A stretch of 64,000 nucleotides of DNA from the NCBI GenBank assembly GCA_045535075.1, contig JAZSKX010000002.1, forward strand, positions 1 to 64,000, given 5' to 3'. Of the stretch, positions 61,001 to 64,000 are shown piece after piece (the first letter of the stretch is position 1; every line of letters begins with the position of its first letter). This stretch comes from Candidatus Spyradenecus sp. Lineage in GTDB: Bacteria > Verrucomicrobiota > Verrucomicrobiia > Opitutales > UBA953. Below the pieces are notes generated by a model. The model ran no database searches. It was not told where the DNA came from and worked only from the letters and a program-made list of their open reading frames with translations. The position numbers were made by a program, and so were the translations under genes.

Positions 61001-61605
61001 GTTTTCACACCGTCGGAAATACACGCCAACGGGCAGTAGTGGAGCAGGTGCGGAATATCTCGCCAATAGCGGACGTTGATTTGCTCCCACGCATCGTAAA
61101 TCGTCGCCCGCGCATCCGCCGGATTTTTCAGCTCAATGACGCACAGCGGTAAACCGTTGACATAGAGAAGCACGTCCGGACGGCGGAGTTCCCGCTGCCC
61201 GTTGTTCACATATTCGACGGGAAGCTGGTTGACGACGCGAAAGATATTGTTTCCCGGGCACTCAAAATCAATAAGCGCAACCATTCGCGCCAAGCCGCTT
61301 TGCGGCGTAAACTGCACGCCGTTTACCATCTGCACATACAGTTTGTGCAAGGTCGCGAACTCACTTTCCGCTCCCGCGAGGCGAACGGAATTCATGACCT
61401 CGCGGATCTCTTCCGAACGCAAATCCGGATTTTCTTTACTCAAAAACTGCTCCAAGTCGTCCTCATACAAAACGTCCGTTTTCAGGTTCCGCACGACGCT
61501 CCCGCCGGGCAGATAATGCCAACCCGCTTCCTCTAAAAACGAGATAAACGCATCCTCAAATTCCGATTCGCAGAACCGCCCGTTGTATTCTTTCAGCTTC
61601 GCCAT
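58072..61605 (-). CDS. hsdR: type I restriction endonuclease subunit R
   Basis: RRPDVLLYVNGLPLCVIELKN nuclease motif, ATGCGKT, DEAHRTQ, GFTGTPI, VVDMWITGFDVP, QTISRVNR. Confidence 0.95.
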   Translation of the reverse strand: MAKLKEYNGRFCESEFEDAFISFLEEAGWHYLPGGSVVRNLKTDVLYEDDLEQFLSKENPDLRSEEIREVMNSVRLAGAESEFATLHKLYVQMVNGVQFTPQSGLARMVALIDFECPGNNIFRVVNQLPVEYVNNGQRELRRPDVLLYVNGLPLCVIELKNPADARATIYDAWEQINVRYWRDIPHLLHYCPLACISDGVKTRLGTVRTPYEHFYAWRRVNDGDKVSTLPFEETQTMIRGVFAPERFLEIFRDYIYFQDSEYDYAEREIVCRYPQFFASRLLKQSIVKSVISKSGKGGTYFGATGCGKTYTMAFLARQLALRCADVPAIGSPTIVMIVDRDELQKQGAKLFTKSKEFLNLGEVCIVPNRKVLREELGARESGGFYICTIQKFCDREDDRIGLINSRANIICFSDEAHRTQIENAKKIQFSKDADENMRAVVSKPYAKVLKEALPNATFVGFTGTPIAETYQTFGDEIDRYTMDQAVADGLTVSIKYHPRIAKVLLDQAKIREIENYYKKCADDGATRDDIEASKRAMSSMEVILGEPSRLERLAVDIHDHYVSACENDPGRVQKAMIVCSGRSIAYTLLKKFQEKYPEWFAERKVADGTVVSDEELRELKPMPFMAMVSSVGSNDPAEMYNYLGGVKNGERSEALDAAFRQENSNFRIVIVVDMWITGFDVPALTYLYNDKPLKKHLLIQTISRVNRKFPGKDYGLIVDYIGIRDNMREAMKLYGGDASVAPSSDDVEQAAAVFREELEILKNLFDEYDLSPFLMPDGDPAERYRLLAKAAEFVFVSARFLSSETNRGKKVSKVSFKTYFLKTVKRMRAAYDICQPSGGLGEEESALAQCFMAIAGFVRKMSGTDTDIDTDTMNRRVSEMVEQALKYNDVESILDDGEQEDLFSPEFFEKLADVKMPATKLEMLVKMLRKQIREYGKTNQMAAKKFQEMLEETVRQYHERRKHLSEEEAGETQEQTANEIIRNATEQALQILKNMNADRESFRKIGLTFEEKAFYDILMDLRDRHNFVYGEDKLVGGVSINEKCKSLAKKVKEIIDTKSSFSDWLNNQIIRDRLKFDIKVCLIKNGYPPQYCPEVFRKVMDQVENFEENNSGVLEEKSIVSYSDEETLLIVSEASAPYGKKAAFSNTSSAKSWDKNCAASESETTNRHEFSRMLSRK
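58088..58117. repeat. 3 x 10-bp tandem repeat ATTCGTGnnn in the 3' end of hsdR
   Basis: ATTCGTGAAA ATTCGTGTCT ATTCGTGGTT. Confidence 0.7.
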
Positions 61606-61991
61606 TGCCCGCCTCACTTCCCGCCGGATTAATCAACTACCGAGATTCCCGCCACGGACAATCTTCCCGCCGAGAGACGTTTTTCAGATGTGGACAAGCT
61701 TGCTTCCCGGCAGATTTGCAGAGAGAAAAATTAAGGGATTCGGTTAGTGTGTTAGTCATAGAGGTTAAGAGATCTGAAAGCAACCAGCGTGGGTATTCCT
61801 AAAATTGAAACAACCACTTTCAAGCCAATTCGTCTTCTTCAAAAATGTTCTTAAGATGTCGCTGGCGTGTTCATGCCGAACAATTCAGCCAAATAGACTT
61901 ATCTTTTACAAGGGCGTTTAGCGCAATGTCTTCTTTCGACGATTTGTACAGAAGAAAATTGAATGATTTAGCTAGATTATTTTGTTCTACA

Positions 61992-64000
61992 TTAACAAGC
62001 TATCCCATCATAAAAATAATCTAAAATGTAATGCTCAAAAGGATGTAAGCTTCCCTCAAGTTGTTGTTTTAATCTCTCTTTCCCAATTTTTTTTAACTGC
62101 AACAACACCTCGTGCAGAGGAATTTCATTGTCTTCCAAATTTATTATCCCCGCATTTTGAATTTTCTTACTCACCATCCTAGGGAGTCCATATTCTTCTA
62201 ACTCATAAACGTTTCTGGGAAGAAACGCATGTGATGCTTTAGCGAGAAATGATGATATATTAATGTTGTCGTCAGTAATTTTGTTATGAATATTGCTTAT
62301 ATCTTTGAGGATTTCTGCGAATTTATAGGTCACCGCTCTCTCAAATTTGAAGAACTTGTCAATACCGATATCATAGTCCTCCAGCACTGCTAACATATCG
62401 GGAATTGTACGAGTCCAGTTTTCAGACAAACAAACAACAAATTCAACAAAACTACGATTTTCATCATATTGGCTTTTCGTAAAATCATAATCCACTAATT
62501 CGCCCTTAACAGCTGACAACACTGTATATAAAACGCCCTTCCAGTCCTCCGGATTCTCCGAATTTAAATAGGCCAAACACTTCCACTTAGTACAATCCTC
62601 TTTTATGCCTACCGCAATTTTTCGTATAAAAGCATAACTCCCACAACGCAAATTTTCATTTATCAAACTCCTATAATTTTCTTCCCCAAGAAGTTTGCTC
62701 ATAGCTTGTTTACTGCTATTAATCGAGGCAACTTGATCCTGAGATATTTTATCATAATCAGATTCACAAACATTACAAAGAACCTCCTCCGAAAGGTCTA
62801 TATCAAGTTGTACTTCCGATTCCGTCGGGGGAGGCTCTAGTAGATAAATTTGCCCAACAAAGTGTTTAAACATCCTCCCTGCTCGTCCTATTATATTTTT
62901 ATATGTAAAGACATCGAGTTTGGCATTACTCCCGCTACGCCGATTGCGCCAAACAATAACATTTTCAGCAGAAGTATTCACGCCTTCAATTATCGAAGAT
63001 GTTGAAACAATAGCATCTAATCCATCCTTTTCTTCAAATAAGCGCACCTGTATCTGGCTCAACGCACGATGAAGTCGCCCGTTATGAATACCAATGCCTT
63101 TTTTTATCAAACTTGTTAATTTCCAGTTTGTATCATAATTAAGGCTAAGCCAATCTGCGAAACTTGAAAGACGGTTGTTTTCTTTAGAATCCAATCTTTC
63201 ATTAATCGCATTCGTTACTTTTTCTATCTGAGGGAAAGAGGCGGCATATATTAGTGACTTCGAAGATCTCGGTTTTAAAATCTCACACAATCTTTCACTT
63301 TTTTTACTCTCATCTCGTCCTATTCTCACATACTCGTCATGTTTGTTTAAAAAAACGGTATTAAAGTCTAGTTCACGCACAAACAGCATATCATGCGTGA
63401 ATAAATTGGGAGAAATATTTGAGATATTGGGAGCAAGATAATACTTCTGTACGGCCTTATCCTTGATTTTTAATATTGCATTTAAAAGACTTACAGACCG
63501 GTCTTCATATTTACTACTTGCCTTATAAAATTCATCTATAATAAGGATATCAATTTTTTCAATCTTATCGACATACCCAAACACTCTTTCTTGTGGAAAA
63601 ATAAAAATGTTTTTATCTCCAAGCTCGACATCGCCTGTTGTAATAATCCTGTATTCGCTGGAAAATTTTTTATATATACGCCTCCTTGTTTCATCTGCTA
63701 ACGCAATTGTTGGAACGATAATTACAACATTTCGAGGCTTCTTGATTGCAATAAACGCATCTATTACAAAACTTTTTCCAAAACTTGTTGGAGCACTGAC
63801 TGCGATATTCTTACCGGACAAAAGCTCTTTTAGTAAAAACGATTGCTCTCTATGTAATGTCTGCTTTTCTCTGTTTCCTGTATCTACCTTAAAAGCTTCA
63901 TAGACAAACTTATCCTCCCACCCGGCGGTATCTTCTTGGATATACGGGTATAATCCTGTTTTTCGAATCAAATGATTAACAAGCGGAGAATAAGGAAGCT
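61992..64000 (-). CDS. Ski2-like DEAD/DEAH helicase, Hachiman HamB-like (5' end beyond the window)
   Basis: VSAPTSFGKS, VPTIALADE, IIDEFYK, GIGIHNG, STSSIIEGVN, NIIGRAGRM; the frame stays open to the window edge (..YSPLVNHLIRKTGLYPY); AT-rich. Confidence 0.8.
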   Translation of the reverse strand, partial: LPYSPLVNHLIRKTGLYPYIQEDTAGWEDKFVYEAFKVDTGNREKQTLHREQSFLLKELLSGKNIAVSAPTSFGKSFVIDAFIAIKKPRNVVIIVPTIALADETRRRIYKKFSSEYRIITTGDVELGDKNIFIFPQERVFGYVDKIEKIDILIIDEFYKASSKYEDRSVSLLNAILKIKDKAVQKYYLAPNISNISPNLFTHDMLFVRELDFNTVFLNKHDEYVRIGRDESKKSERLCEILKPRSSKSLIYAASFPQIEKVTNAINERLDSKENNRLSSFADWLSLNYDTNWKLTSLIKKGIGIHNGRLHRALSQIQVRLFEEKDGLDAIVSTSSIIEGVNTSAENVIVWRNRRSGSNAKLDVFTYKNIIGRAGRMFKHFVGQIYLLEPPPTESEVQLDIDLSEEVLCNVCESDYDKISQDQVASINSSKQAMSKLLGEENYRSLINENLRCGSYAFIRKIAVGIKEDCTKWKCLAYLNSENPEDWKGVLYTVLSAVKGELVDYDFTKSQYDENRSFVEFVVCLSENWTRTIPDMLAVLEDYDIGIDKFFKFERAVTYKFAEILKDISNIHNKITDDNINISSFLAKASHAFLPRNVYELEEYGLPRMVSKKIQNAGIINLEDNEIPLHEVLLQLKKIGKERLKQQLEGSLHPFEHYILDYFYDGIAC

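Overview
Bacterial chromosomal window, most likely from a Verrucomicrobiota (Opitutales-like, probably gut) genome. That assignment is inferred from the PEP-CTERM proteins ending IPEPS.FGLLAGLGALALVGxRRRRR, a PVC-restricted TIGR04138-like gene and the rpsP-trmD-rplS order without rimM. Most of the window is housekeeping: ribF-fabG-acpP-fabF-LOG, sufC, tatC, PPi-PFK, rpsP-trmD-rplS, xseA, recB-recD, yidC, an RND efflux operon, sufE, rlmI, argH and gatC/gatA. Surface genes include a GH20 hexosaminidase, a 2170-aa repeat membrane protein, a ~4020-aa autotransporter and two PEP-CTERM proteins. A defence island starts at the right edge (type I RM hsdR plus a Hachiman HamB-like helicase). Three unexplained signals stand out. 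(1) The non-palindromic 8-mer CGTTCCCG/CGGGAACG occurs at about 2 copies/kb on both strands, forms inverted pairs in terminator stems, and is missing from the AT-rich island, as a DNA uptake sequence would be. (2) Two PEP-CTERM cassettes have conserved ends, unrelated cores and poly-G promoter spacers, and one carries an in-frame TGA. (3) A four-helix-bundle gene sits inside gatC-gatA between heptamer-built inverted repeats. No tRNA, rRNA, CRISPR array or transposase was recognised. All family calls rest on motif recognition by eye, not on database searches.
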